Below, one piece after another: positions 10,946 through 22,116 of a DNA stretch of 29,022 nt. Every line of letters starts with the position of its first letter. Position 1 is the first letter of the stretch. Made by a program: the position numbers and the translations under genes. This DNA is from Octopus sinensis. Taxonomy: Eukaryota. A model generated the notes under the pieces. It saw only the letters and a list, made by a program, of their open reading frames with translations, was not told the origin of the DNA and ran no database searches. The stretch lies in the NCBI RefSeq assembly GCF_006345805.1, contig NW_021833218.1, forward strand, positions 1 through 29,022, in the 5' to 3' direction.

Positions 10946-11006
10946 CTACCAATCTATCTATCTATATATCTATATATCTATATATCTATCTATCTATCTA
11001 TCTATC

Positions 11007-11061
<55 letters not shown>

Positions 11062-11064
11062 GTG

Positions 11065-11142
<78 letters not shown>

Positions 11143-11301
11143 CCGATCTATCTATCTATCGATCTATCTATCTCTATCTATCTATTTTTTTCCACCCTCG
11201 AAAAGAAAAGCTCTGCATTTGTATTTGTCCCCTCTGTATTCAGCCCTGTGTGGCTAATAAAAGAAAGTTATCTCTATCTATCTATCTATCTTTCTCTACC
11301 G

Positions 11302-11381
<80 letters not shown>

Positions 11382-11430
11382 CTCTATCTATCTATCTATC
11401 CATCTATCAGATCTAATCTATCTATCTATC
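10455..11430. repeat. (TATC)n / GATA microsatellite, ~1 kb, interrupted at ~11184-11270
   Basis: Read directly; it explains the 363-aa LSIY ORF. Confidence 0.95.
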
Positions 11431-11485
11431 CGTTCAGCCAAAGTTGACACTCGGTTACTTGATGGATCAGTGTCCTCCAGCTGAT

Positions 11486-11932
11486 GTGGCAAGCTACTTA
11501 CTGCACAGCCACTCCTATGCCTATATATATATATATATATATACGATGGGCTTCTTTCAGTTTCCGTCTACCGAATCCACTCACAAGGCTTTGGTCGACC
11601 CGAGGCTATAGTAGAAGACACTTGCCCAAGGTGCCACACAGTGGGACTGAACCCAAAACCATGTGGTTGGTAAACAAGCTACTTACCACACAGCCACTCC
11701 TACACCTATATATATACATATATATGTATATATAAATATATATATATGTATATACATATACATATATACGATGGGCTTCTTTCAGTTTCCATCTACCAAA
11801 TTCACTCTCAAGGCTTTGGTCGGCCCGAGGCTATAGTAGAAGACACTTGCCCAAGGTGCCACACAGTGGGTCTGAACCCGGAACCATGTGGTTGGTAAAC
11901 AAGTTACTTACCACACAGTCACTCCTTCGTCT
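11486..11932 (-). mobile_element. SINE-A heads in tandem (partial 11486-11521, then 11543-11706 and 11768-11932)
   Basis: Reverse-complement consensus matches separated by (TA)n. Confidence 0.85.
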
Positions 11933-12334
11933 ACAGGCTTTTGCCAATACTTGACCTAAATACAGGTCCCTGGAGGGCAATTAACATATAGTATTGTACT
12001 AAAAGTGAATTTATAATCCAACCATTTGTGTTAGTAATATATAAAACTGCAAATAATAAATCCTTTCATGGAACAACAATTTAGAAATGCCATATTTCTA
12101 TAAATGTTTAACCAGAGAAATATTCACCACAGAATCTGATGTGAAAAATTGACATTTTCCTAGTTAAGGCCAAATGTTCTGTGGCCTTAAATTCTTGGCT
12201 TCGTTAAGCTTCTAATTAACAGTCACAATATTTGTGTTGATGGTGTTTTCGCATTTACAAAATAGAAATATACTCAGTGTCTTTTTAAGATTTACCCCTC
12301 TCTCTCTCTCTCTCTCTATGTATATATATATATA

Positions 12335-12382
<48 letters not shown>

Positions 12383-12384
<2 letters not shown>

Positions 12385-13012
12385 GGAGGCGCAATGGCCA
12401 AGTGGTAAGGGCAGCGGACTCGCGGTCATAGGATCGCGGTTTCGATTCCCAGACCGGGCGTTGTGAGTGTTTATTGAGCGAAAACACCTAAAGCTCCACG
12501 AGGCTCCGGCAGAGGGTGGTGGTGATCCCTGCTGTACTCTTTCACCACAACTTTCTCTCACTCTTACTTCCTGTTTCTGTTGTACCTGTATTTCAAAGGG
12601 CCGGCCTTGTCACTCTCTGTGTCACGCTGAATCTCCCCGAGAACTACGTTAAGGGTACACATGTCTGTGGAGTGCTCAGCCACTTACACGTTAATTCCAC
12701 GAGCAGGCTGTTCCGTTGATTCGGATCAACTGGAACCCTCATCGTCGTAACCGACAGAGTGCTCCTGCAGGGGATGGTGGTGATCCCTGCTGTACTCTTT
12801 CACCACAACTTTCTCTCACTCTTACTTCCTGTTTCTGTTGTACCTGTATTTCAAAGGGCCGGCCTTGTCACTCTCTGTGTCACGCTGAATCTCCCCGAGA
12901 ACTACGTTAAGGGTACACGTGTCTGTGGAGTGCTCAGCCACTTACACGTTAATTTCACGAGCAGGCTGTTCCGTTGATTCAGATCAACCGGAACCCTCGT
13001 CGTGCTTCCATA
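12383..13012 (+). mobile_element. SINE family C with a duplicated body (dimer)
   Basis: Head GTGGAGGCGCAATGGCCAAGTGG; the body is repeated after the GAGTGCTCCTGCAGGGG junction at ~12757-12773. Confidence 0.85.
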
Positions 13013-13018
13013 CATATA

Positions 13019-13056
<38 letters not shown>

Positions 13057-13085
13057 TATATATATAATATATATATATATATATG

Positions 13086-13446
13086 CTCTTTACTCTTTTA
13101 CTCTTTTACTTGTTTCAGTCATTTGACTGCGGCCATGCTGGAGCACCGCCTTTAGTCGAGCAAATCGACACTTGTCCAAGGTGCCACACAGTGGGACTGA
13201 ACCCAGAACCATGTGGTTGGTAAGCAAGTTACTTACCACACAGCCACTCCCATGCCTATATATATATATATATATATATATACGACAGGCTTCTTTCAGT
13301 TTCCGTCTACCAAATCCACTCACAAGGCATTGGTCGGCCCGGGGCTATAGCAGAAGACACTTGCCCAAGATGCCAAGCAGTGGGACCAAAACCGGAACCA
13401 TGTGGTTGCTAAGCAAGCTACTTACCACACTGCCTACACCTATATA

Positions 13447-13487
<41 letters not shown>

Positions 13488-13715
13488 TCTTTACTCTTTT
13501 ACTCTTTTACTTGTTTCAGTCATTTGACTGCGGCCATGCTGGAGCACCACCTTTTAGTCGAGCAAATCGACCCCGGGACTTATTCTTTGTAAGCCCAATA
13601 CCTATTCTATCGGTCTCTTTTTGCCGAACCGCTAAGTGACGGGGACGTAAACACACCAGCATCAGTTGTCAAGCAATGCTAGGGGGACAAACACAGACAC
13701 ACAAACACACACACG

Positions 13716-13759
<44 letters not shown>

Positions 13760-13920
13760 TACGACAGACTTCTTTCAGTTTCTGTCTACCAAATTCACTC
13801 ACAAGGCATTGGTCGGTCCGAGGCTTTAGCAGAAGACACTTGCCCGAGATGCCACGCAGTGGAACTGAACCCGAAACCATGTGGTTGGTTAGCAAGCTAC
13901 TTACCACACAGCCACTCCTA
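13086..13920 (-). mobile_element. SINE-A cluster: internally deleted copy (13086-13256), head (13282-13440) and full-length copy (13487-13920)
   Basis: Consensus matches; the deletion junction ATCGAC|ACTTG uses a GAC microhomology. Confidence 0.8.
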
Positions 13921-13946
13921 TACATAATAATAATAATAAATACATA

Positions 13947-14352
13947 GGCGCAGGAGTGGCTGTGTTGTAAGTAGCTTGCTTACCAACAACATGGTTCCGG
14001 GTTCAGTACCACTGCGTGGCACCTTGGGCAAGTGTCTTCTGCTATAGCCTCGGGCCGACCAAAGCCTTGTGAGTGGATTTGGTAGACGGAAACTGAAAGA
14101 AGCCCGTCGTATATATGTATATGTATATATATATATATGTGTGTGTGTGTATATGTTTGTGTGTCTGTGTTTGTCCCCTAGCATTGCTTGACAACCGATG
14201 CTGGTGTGTTTATGTCCCCGTCACTTAGCGGTTCGGCAAAAGAGACCGATAGAATAAGTACTGGGCTTACAAAGAATAAGTCCCGGGGTCGAGTTGCTCG
14301 ACTAAAGGCGGTGCTCCAGCATGGTGCAGTCAAATGACTGAAACAAGTAAAG
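13947..14352 (+). mobile_element. Full-length SINE-A, the best reference copy in the window
   Basis: tRNA-like head, CORE-like segment, (TA)n(TG)n spacer, and a tail ending CAGTCAAATGACTGAAACAAGTAAAG. Confidence 0.9.
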
Positions 14353-14394
<42 letters not shown>

Positions 14395-14404
14395 TATATA
14401 TACA

Positions 14405-14952
14405 TCAGAACCCCAGCGATGTTGCACTCATTTTATAGATGGGCTGAGGATAATAATATGCAGTTTAATGCTGAAAAATTCCAGGCCCTGCGCTACCAGC
14501 ATCCAAAACTAAATATTAAACTTACAGGGCACACCGGTCCACAGGGAATTTCAATCCCAGAGCCTAAGTCAGTGAGGGACCTGGGTATCGACATGAGTGA
14601 TGATACCTCTTTCCAAGTGCACATTACCAGGATGGCGACAAAGTGCAGACGACTGGCTGGGTGGATCCTAAGAACATTCAGAACCAGAGATAAGGAAACC
14701 ATGATGGTCCTCTGGCGGACATTCGTCCTCAGCTGCCTGGATTACTGCTCACAGCTATGGTCACCCACCAGTGTGAAATTAACAGCAGACCTTGAAGCAA
14801 TCCAGAGAAGATTCACAAAGAAGATCGTCTCTTTGCAACATCTCAGCTACTGGGAATTGTTGAAACAGCTAAGACTCTACTCCCTGGAGAGAAGACGGGA
14901 GAGGTATGCAGTAATATATATCTGGAAGATCCTGGAAGGAATTGTGCCAAAT
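14405..14952 (+). pseudogene. CR1/L2-group LINE ORF2 fragment (end of RT domain and thumb region)
   Basis: ORF 14419-14961 has the motifs RDLGI, LDYCSQLWSP, LEAIQRRFTK and LYSLERRRERYAVIYIWKILEG typical of this LINE group. Confidence 0.88.
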
Positions 14953-15754
14953 TGGTGTTAACATGGTCCGATTTGAATTTTTTCTTCTACGGAATGAAGA
15001 GCAAGCCTTCATCTATCATACTCTCAATTTTGGTCAACTTGCACCGCAGTGTCTCGGAGGAGATAGTGTTAGTTGAAGGCTACCAAACCCGCCACACACA
15101 GACAATTTCAGCTTTATACATATATATATATATATATATATACTAGCTATATAGCCCGGTGTTGCTCAGGTTTGTTTTCTTTTCGACCCTTTAGAACTGA
15201 AATTTCTGAAAAGTAAAAATTTTGCATTATGTAGCTTGTTATTCTCTTTAAGTGAACATTTTTCTGGTTGAAATACACCGAAAAATAGAGACACAGCAGT
15301 CAAAAAATCGTAAAAAATTGGCATTTTCATAGAAAAAAAGCACCTTTTTGATGTAAATAATTTTTGGTGTTAACATGGTTCGATTTGAGTTTTATCTCCT
15401 ACGGAATGAAGGGCAAGCCTTCTTCTATCATACTCTCAATTTTGATCAACTTGCGCCGCAGGGTCCCGGAGGAGATAGTGTTAGTTAAAGGCTACCAAAC
15501 CTGCCACACACACACAGAGACAACTTCAGCTTTATAAGTAGTAAAAAATAGGGAATTTCATAGAAAGAAAAGCACGTTTTTGATGTAAATAATTTTTGGT
15601 GTTAACATGGTCCGATCTGAATTTTATCTGCTACGGAATGAAGAGCAAGCCTTCTTCTATCATACTCTCAATTTTGGTCAACTTGTACCGCAGGGTCTCG
15701 GAGGAGATAGTGTTAGTTGAAGGCTACCAACCTGCTACACACAGACAATTTCAG

Positions 15755-15820
<66 letters not shown>

Positions 15821-16429
15821 TAGCTATATAGCCCAGTGTTGCTCAGGTTTGTTTACTTTTCGACCCTTTAGAACTGGAATTTTTGAAAAGTAAAAATTTT
15901 GCATTATGTAGCTTGTTTTCTCTTTAAGTGAACATTTTTCTGGTTGAAATACACCGAAAAATAGAGACACAGCAGTCAAAAAATCGTAAAAAATTGGCAT
16001 TTTCATAGAAAAAAAGCACCTTTTTGATGTAAATAATTTTTGGTGTTAACATGGTTCGATTTGAGTTTTATCTCCTACGGAATGAAGGGCAAGCCTTCTT
16101 CTATCATACTCTCAATTTTGATCAACTTGCGCCGCAGGGTCCGGAGGAGATAGTGTTAGTTAAAGGCTACCAAACCTGCCACACACACACAGGCAACTTC
16201 AGCTTCACAAATAGTAAAAAAATAGGGAATTTCATAGAAAGAAAAGCACGTTTTTGATGTAAATAATTTTTGGTGTTAACATGGTCGATCTGAATTTTAT
16301 CTGCTACGAATGAAGAGCAAGCCTTCTTCTATCATACTCTCAATTTTGGTCAACTTGTACCGCAGGGTCTCGGAGGAGATAGTGTAGTTGAAGGCTACCA
16401 AACCTGCTACACACAGACAATTTCAGCTT

Positions 16430-16493
<64 letters not shown>

Positions 16494-17105
16494 TAGCTAT
16501 ATAGCCCAGTGTTGCTCAGGTTTGTTTACTTTTCGACCCTTTAGAACTGGAATTTTTGAAAAGTAAAAATTTTGCATTATGTAGCTTGTTATTCTCTTTA
16601 AGTGAACATTTATCTGGTTGAAATACACCGAAAAATAGCGACACAGCAGTCAAAAACTCGTAAAAAATAGGGATTTTTAGTTGAAGGCTACCAAACCTGC
16701 CATACACAGACAACTTCAGCTTTATATTAATAAAAAATAGGCATTTTCATAGAAAAAAAGCACCTTTTTGATGTAAATAATTTTTGGTGTTAACATGGTC
16801 CAATTTGAATTTTATTTTCTACGGAATAAAGAGCAAGCCTTCTTCTATCATACTCTCAATTTTAGTCAACATGTACCACAGGGTCTCGGAGGAGATAGTG
16901 TTAGTTGAAGGCTACCAAACCTGCCACACACACACAGGCAACTTCAGCTTCACAAATAGTAAAAAAATAGGGATTTTCATAGAAAAAAAGCACGTTCTTG
17001 ATGTAAATAATTTTTGGTGTTAACATGGTCCGATTTGAATTTTATCTTCTACGGAATGAAGAGCAAACCTTCTTCTATCATACTCTCAATTTTTGTCAAC
17101 TTGCA
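14952..17105 (+). mobile_element. Head-to-tail concatemer of a non-autonomous Helitron-like (Lep1/DINE-1-like) element, ~675-bp period, with an internally duplicated ~235-bp 3' module
   Basis: Units begin ACTAGCTATATAGCCC(G/A)GTGTTGCTCAGG at 15142, 15819 and 16492, and end CACACAGACAATTTCAGCTTTATA followed by (TA)n. The family label comes from terminal resemblance only. Confidence 0.65.
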
Positions 17106-17160
17106 CTATAATATATATATAGTCAGCTGTGTTATAGTCTATACGTGTGCGTGTGTGTAT

Positions 17161-20100
17161 AGCACAGCTCCCATGACTTCAGGAAACATTTTTTCACGCT
17201 GAGAGTTGCTGAAGCATGGAACAAACTGCCGGCATCGGTTGTTAGTTGTCGGAGCAATGCATCCTTCAAAACTTCCATGCTTCCTGAGATTCGCCAACAC
17301 TACACTTCATTTTCTCCCCTCCATATACACGCTGAAGCATGGAACAAACTGCCAGCATCGGTTGTTAGTTGTCGGAGCACTGCATCCTTCAAAACTTCCA
17401 TGCTTCCTGAGATTCGCCAACACTACACTTGATTTTCTCCCCTCCATACACACACAAGCATGGAACAAACTGCCGGCATCAGTTGTTAGTTGTAGGAGCA
17501 CTGCATCCTTCAAAACTTCCATGCTTCCTGAGAGATTCGCCAAACTACACCTGATCTTCTCCCATCCATACACACGCTGAAGCATGGAACAAACTGCCGG
17601 CATCAGTTGTTAGTTGTCGGAGCACTGCATCCTTCAAAACTTCCATGCTTCCTAAGATTCGCCAACACTACACCTGATTTTCTCCCCTCCATACACACAC
17701 AAGCATGGAACAAACTGCCGGCATCAGTTGTTAGTTGTCGGAGCACTGCATCCTTCAAAACTTCCATGCTTCCTGAGATTCGCCAACACTACACTTGATT
17801 TTCTCCCATCCATACACACGCAAGCATGGAACAAACAAACTGCCGGCATCAGTTGTTAGTTGTCGGAGCACTGCATCCTTCAAAACTTCCATGCTTCCTG
17901 AGATTCGCCAACACTACACTTGATTTTCTCCCATCCATACACACGCAAGCATGGAACAAACAAACTGCCGGCATCAGTTGTTAGTTGTCGGAGCACTGCA
18001 TCCTTCAAAACTTCCATGCTTTCTGAGATTCGCCAACACTACACCTTATTTTCTCCCCTCCATACACACGCTGAAGCATGGAACAAACTGTCGGCATCAG
18101 TTGTTAGTTGTCGGAGCACTGCATCCTTCAAAACTTCCATGTTTTCTGAGATTCGCCAACACTACACTTGATATTCTCCCCTCCATACACACACAAGCAT
18201 GGAACAAACTGCCGGCATCAGTTGTTAGTTGTCGGAGCACTGCATCCTTCAAAACTTCCATGCTTTCTGAGATTCGCCACTACACCTGATCTTCTCCCCT
18301 CCATACACACGCTGAGCATGGAACAAACTGCCGGCCTCAGTTGTTAGTTGTGCGGCAGCCCCTCAAAACTTCCATGCTTCCTGAGATTCGCCAACACTAC
18401 ACTTGGTTTTCTTCCATCCATACACACGCAAGCATGGAACAAACAAACTGCCGGTATCAGTTGTTAGTTGTCGGAGCACTGCATCCTTCAAAACTTTCAT
18501 GCTTCCTGAGAGATTCGCCAACACTACACCTGATCTTCTCCACTCCATACACACACAAGCATGGAACAAACTGCCGGCATCAGTTGTTAGTTGTCGGAGC
18601 ACTGCATTCTTCAAAACTTCCATGCTTCCTGAGATTCACCAACACTACACCTGATCTTCTCCCCTCCATACACACGCTGAAGCATGGAACAAACTGCTGG
18701 CATCAGTTGTTAGTTGTCGGAGCACTGCATCCTTCAAAACTTCCATGCTTCCTGAGATTCGCCAACACTACACTTGATTTTCTCCCCTCCATACACACAC
18801 AAGCATGGAACAAACTGCCGGCATCAGTTGTTAGTTGTCGGAGCACTGCATCCCTCAAAACTTCCATGCTTCCTGAGATTCGCCAACACTACACTTGATT
18901 TTCTCCCATCCATACACACGCAAGCATGGAACAAACAAACTGCCGGCATCAGTTGTTAGTTGTCGGAGCACTGCATCCTTCAAAACTTCCATGCTTTCTG
19001 AGATTCGCCAACACTACACCTGATTTTCTCCCCTCCATACACACACTGAAGCATGGAACAAACTGCCGGCATCAGTTGTTAGTTGTCGGAGCACTGCATC
19101 CTTCAAAACTTCCATGCTTTCTGAGATTCGCCAACACTACACTTGATTTTCTCCCCTCCATACACACACAAGCATAGAACAAACTGCCCGCATCAGTTGT
19201 TAGTTGTCGGAGCACTGCTTCCTTCAAAACTTCCATGCTTTCTGAGATTCGCCAATACTACACCTGATCTTCTCCCATCCATACACACGCTGAAGCATGG
19301 AACAAACTGCCGGCATCAGTTGTTAGTTGTCGGAGCACTGCATCCTTCAAAACTTCCATGCTTCCTAAGATTCGCCAACACTACACCTGATTTTCTCCCC
19401 TCCATACACACACAAGCATGGAACAAACTGCCGGCATCAGTTGTTAGTTGTCGGAGCACTGCATCCTTCAAAACTTCCATGCTTCCTGAGATTCGCCAAC
19501 ACTACACTTGATTTTCTCCCCTCCATACACACGCTGAAGCATGGAAAAACTGCCGGCATCAGTTGTTAGTTGTCGGAACACTGCATCCTTCAAAACTTCC
19601 ATGCTTCCTGAGATTCGCCAACACTACACTTGGTTTTCTGCCATCCATACACACGCAATCATGGAACAAACAAACTGCCGGTATCAGTTGTTAGTTGTCG
19701 GAACACTGCATCCTTCAAAATTCCATGCTTCCTGAGAGATCGCCAACACTACACCTGATCTTTTCCCCTCCATACACACACAAGCAGGAAAACAAACTGC
19801 CGGCATCAGTTGTTAGTTGTTGGAGCACTGCATCCTTCAAAACTTCCATGCTTCCTGAGAGATTCGCCAACACTACACCTGATCTTCTCCCCTCCATACA
19901 CACACAAGCATGGAACAAACTGCCGGCATCAGTTGTTAGTTGTTGGAGCACTGCATTCTTCAAAACTCCATGTCTTCCTGAGATTCACCAACACTACACC
20001 ATGATCTTTCCCCTCCATACACACGCTGAAGCATGGAACAAACTGCCGGCATCAGTTGTTAGTTGTGGAGCACTGCATCCTTCAAAACTTCCATGCTTTC

Positions 20101-20640
20101 TGAGATTCGCCAACCACAACACGTGATTTTCTCCCCTCCATACAACACACAAGCATGGAACAAACTGCCGGCATCAGTTGTTAGTTGTCGGAGCACTGCA
20201 TCCTTCAAAACTTCCATGCGTCTGAGATTCGCCAACACTACACTTGATTTTCTCCCCTCCATACACACGCAAGCATGGAACAAACAAACTGCCGGCATCA
20301 GTTGTTAGTTGTCGGAGCACTGCATCCTTCAAAACTTCCATGCTTCCTGAGATTCACCAACACTACACCTGATCTTCTCCCCTCCATACACACGCTGAAA
20401 CATGGAACAAACAAACTGCCGGCATCAGTTGTTAGTTGTCGGAGCACTGCATCCTTCAAAACTTCCATGCTTCCTGAGAGATTCGCCAACACTACACTTG
20501 ATTTTCTCCCCTCCATACACACACAAGCATATATCTGACTCATACATTGTTCGCTTTCCAGACATTTCTACATTACTGCATGTACTTTATATGCACTTTC
20601 TGACAAGTTGTGGTGCACCTGAGCACTGTATACAATAATT

Positions 20641-20703
<63 letters not shown>

Positions 20704-20715
20704 TATTATTATTAT
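17161..20715 (+). mobile_element. 5'-truncated LINE (a second CR1/L2-group family) with 3' UTR and (TTA)n tail, carrying an internal satellite
   Basis: From 17163 it reads HSSHDFRKHFFTLRVAEAWNKLPASVVSCRS-ASFKTSM. Unique 3' UTR at 20531-20642 and (TTA)n at 20643-20715. Confidence 0.85.
17213..20530 (+). repeat. Tandem satellite of 27 units of 121-125 bp
   Basis: I counted 27 AGCATGGAAC-type unit starts from 17213 to ~20400; the array ends at AAGCAT|ATATCTG. Confidence 0.95.
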
Positions 20716-21041
20716 ATGTTTGTACGTATTTATGGATAAGAACTTGTTTATTAAAGCAGTGATTAAAGAGAGACAGAGATGAGAGGACAACAATAACAAC
20801 ATCAACAACTTGGCTTTCTGGAATTAGATGTACTTAGATGTTTATCTTGTGTTTAGCCAAGCTTTTTAATCTGCTTAATTATAGACGTGCGTTACAGATA
20901 ATACTTCGACAAACACTTGTACGTTATCAGAATTAATGGTTCTACTAATAAGCTATATTACTAAGGTGTACCACTTTCGTTGGATACTGAAGAAAAGAAT
21001 TAATGCCAAGAAAAGAAACGAACGAAAAATTAATGACTATA

Positions 21042-21186
21042 GGCGTGGGAACTTGCTTACGAATGACGTGGTTCCGGGTTCAGTCCTACTGCGTGGCACC
21101 TTGGGCGAGTGTCTTCTACTGTAGCCTCGGGCCGACCAAAGCCTTGTGAGTGGATTTGGTAGACAGAAACTGAAAGAAGCCCATCG
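21042..21186 (+). mobile_element. SINE-A head with a small deletion
   Basis: Consensus match. Confidence 0.8.
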
Positions 21187-21219
21187 TATATATGTATATA
21201 TATATACAAACATACATAC

Positions 21220-21262
<43 letters not shown>

Positions 21263-21426
21263 TGTATTTATATATATATATATGTGTGTGTGTATATATA
21301 TATATATAGCCGCATATATATGTATATAAATATGTATATATATATGTATATATATATAGATATATAATATATATATATATAGCCGCATATATATGTATAT
21401 ATATATATATATAATATAGCCGCATA

Positions 21427-21481
<55 letters not shown>

Positions 21482-21623
21482 TATATAATATATATTATAT
21501 ATATATATAATATATATATATGTATGTATATATATAGCCGCAATATATAATATATATATAGCCGCATATATATGTAATATATATATATAATATATATATA
21601 TATTATATATATATAGCCGCATA

Positions 21624-21665
<42 letters not shown>
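21187..21665. repeat. (TA)n tract punctuated by recurrent AGCCGCA motifs
   Basis: AGCCGCA occurs six times between ~21308 and ~21620. Confidence 0.85.
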
Positions 21666-21667
<2 letters not shown>

Positions 21668-21735
21668 GTAGGTCCCGGGTTGATTCGGGGTTAACCACAG
21701 TAAATAAGGTACTCATACATAGCAGAGTAAAATTA

Positions 21736-21870
21736 ATTTATTATATAGAAGGAGCTTCTACAGGACTAGAACTGTTTCATTCAAGAGAAATCTTCAGGAA
21801 GCTCAGAATGCTTCCTGAAGATTTCTCTTGAATGAAACAGTTCTAGTCCTGCAGAAGCTCCTTCTATATA

Positions 21871-21876
<6 letters not shown>
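21736..21876. repeat. Palindrome with 67-bp arms and a 7-nt loop (TCAGAAT), probable inverted Penelope-like pseudo-LTR fragment
   Basis: The arms differ at one position (CTGTA vs CTGCA). Confidence 0.92.
21754..21802 (-). ncRNA. Type I hammerhead ribozyme motif (HHR2)
   Basis: GCUUC-CUGAAGA-UUUC(UCUU)GAAU-GAAA-CAG(UUCUAGUC)CUG-UA|GAAGC. Helix I has 5 bp, helix III is A-U plus 3 bp, and the site is GUA. Helix II opens with a U-U mismatch. Confidence 0.72.
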
Positions 21877-21908
<32 letters not shown>

Positions 21909-22116
21909 GAAGGTTTGAAAATGCAATTTTAAAAGATGTTTATTTACTTTACCAGTTTCACTTTTCAGAAAAAGTTTGTGATAAGTAACATGTAGAAGTT
22001 TGGTTGCGTTACTTATTGGTTGTTACAAAATTCTACAATACATATATACAGTCTTTGCTAACAAGAACATGTTAACAAGTTCATCGAAATATTGGGCACA
22101 AAAGATTACAACATAT

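Noticed and set aside
10393-11484. 363-aa and 224-aa ORFs
   Set aside because: They are translations of the (TATC)n microsatellite.
12383-12460. tRNA gene (also the SINE-A heads)
   Set aside because: A and B boxes are present, but the cloverleaf is degenerate and always continues into the SINE body.
17213-20530. CRISPR-like array or tandem-repeat protein gene
   Set aside because: There are no unique spacers, the context is eukaryotic, most units carry the LINE stop codon, and unit lengths shift the frame.
21947-21972. Hammerhead-like remnant on the minus strand (CUGAAAA-GU-GAAACUGGUA)
   Set aside because: It has no helix II and G8 is lost; at most a decayed copy.
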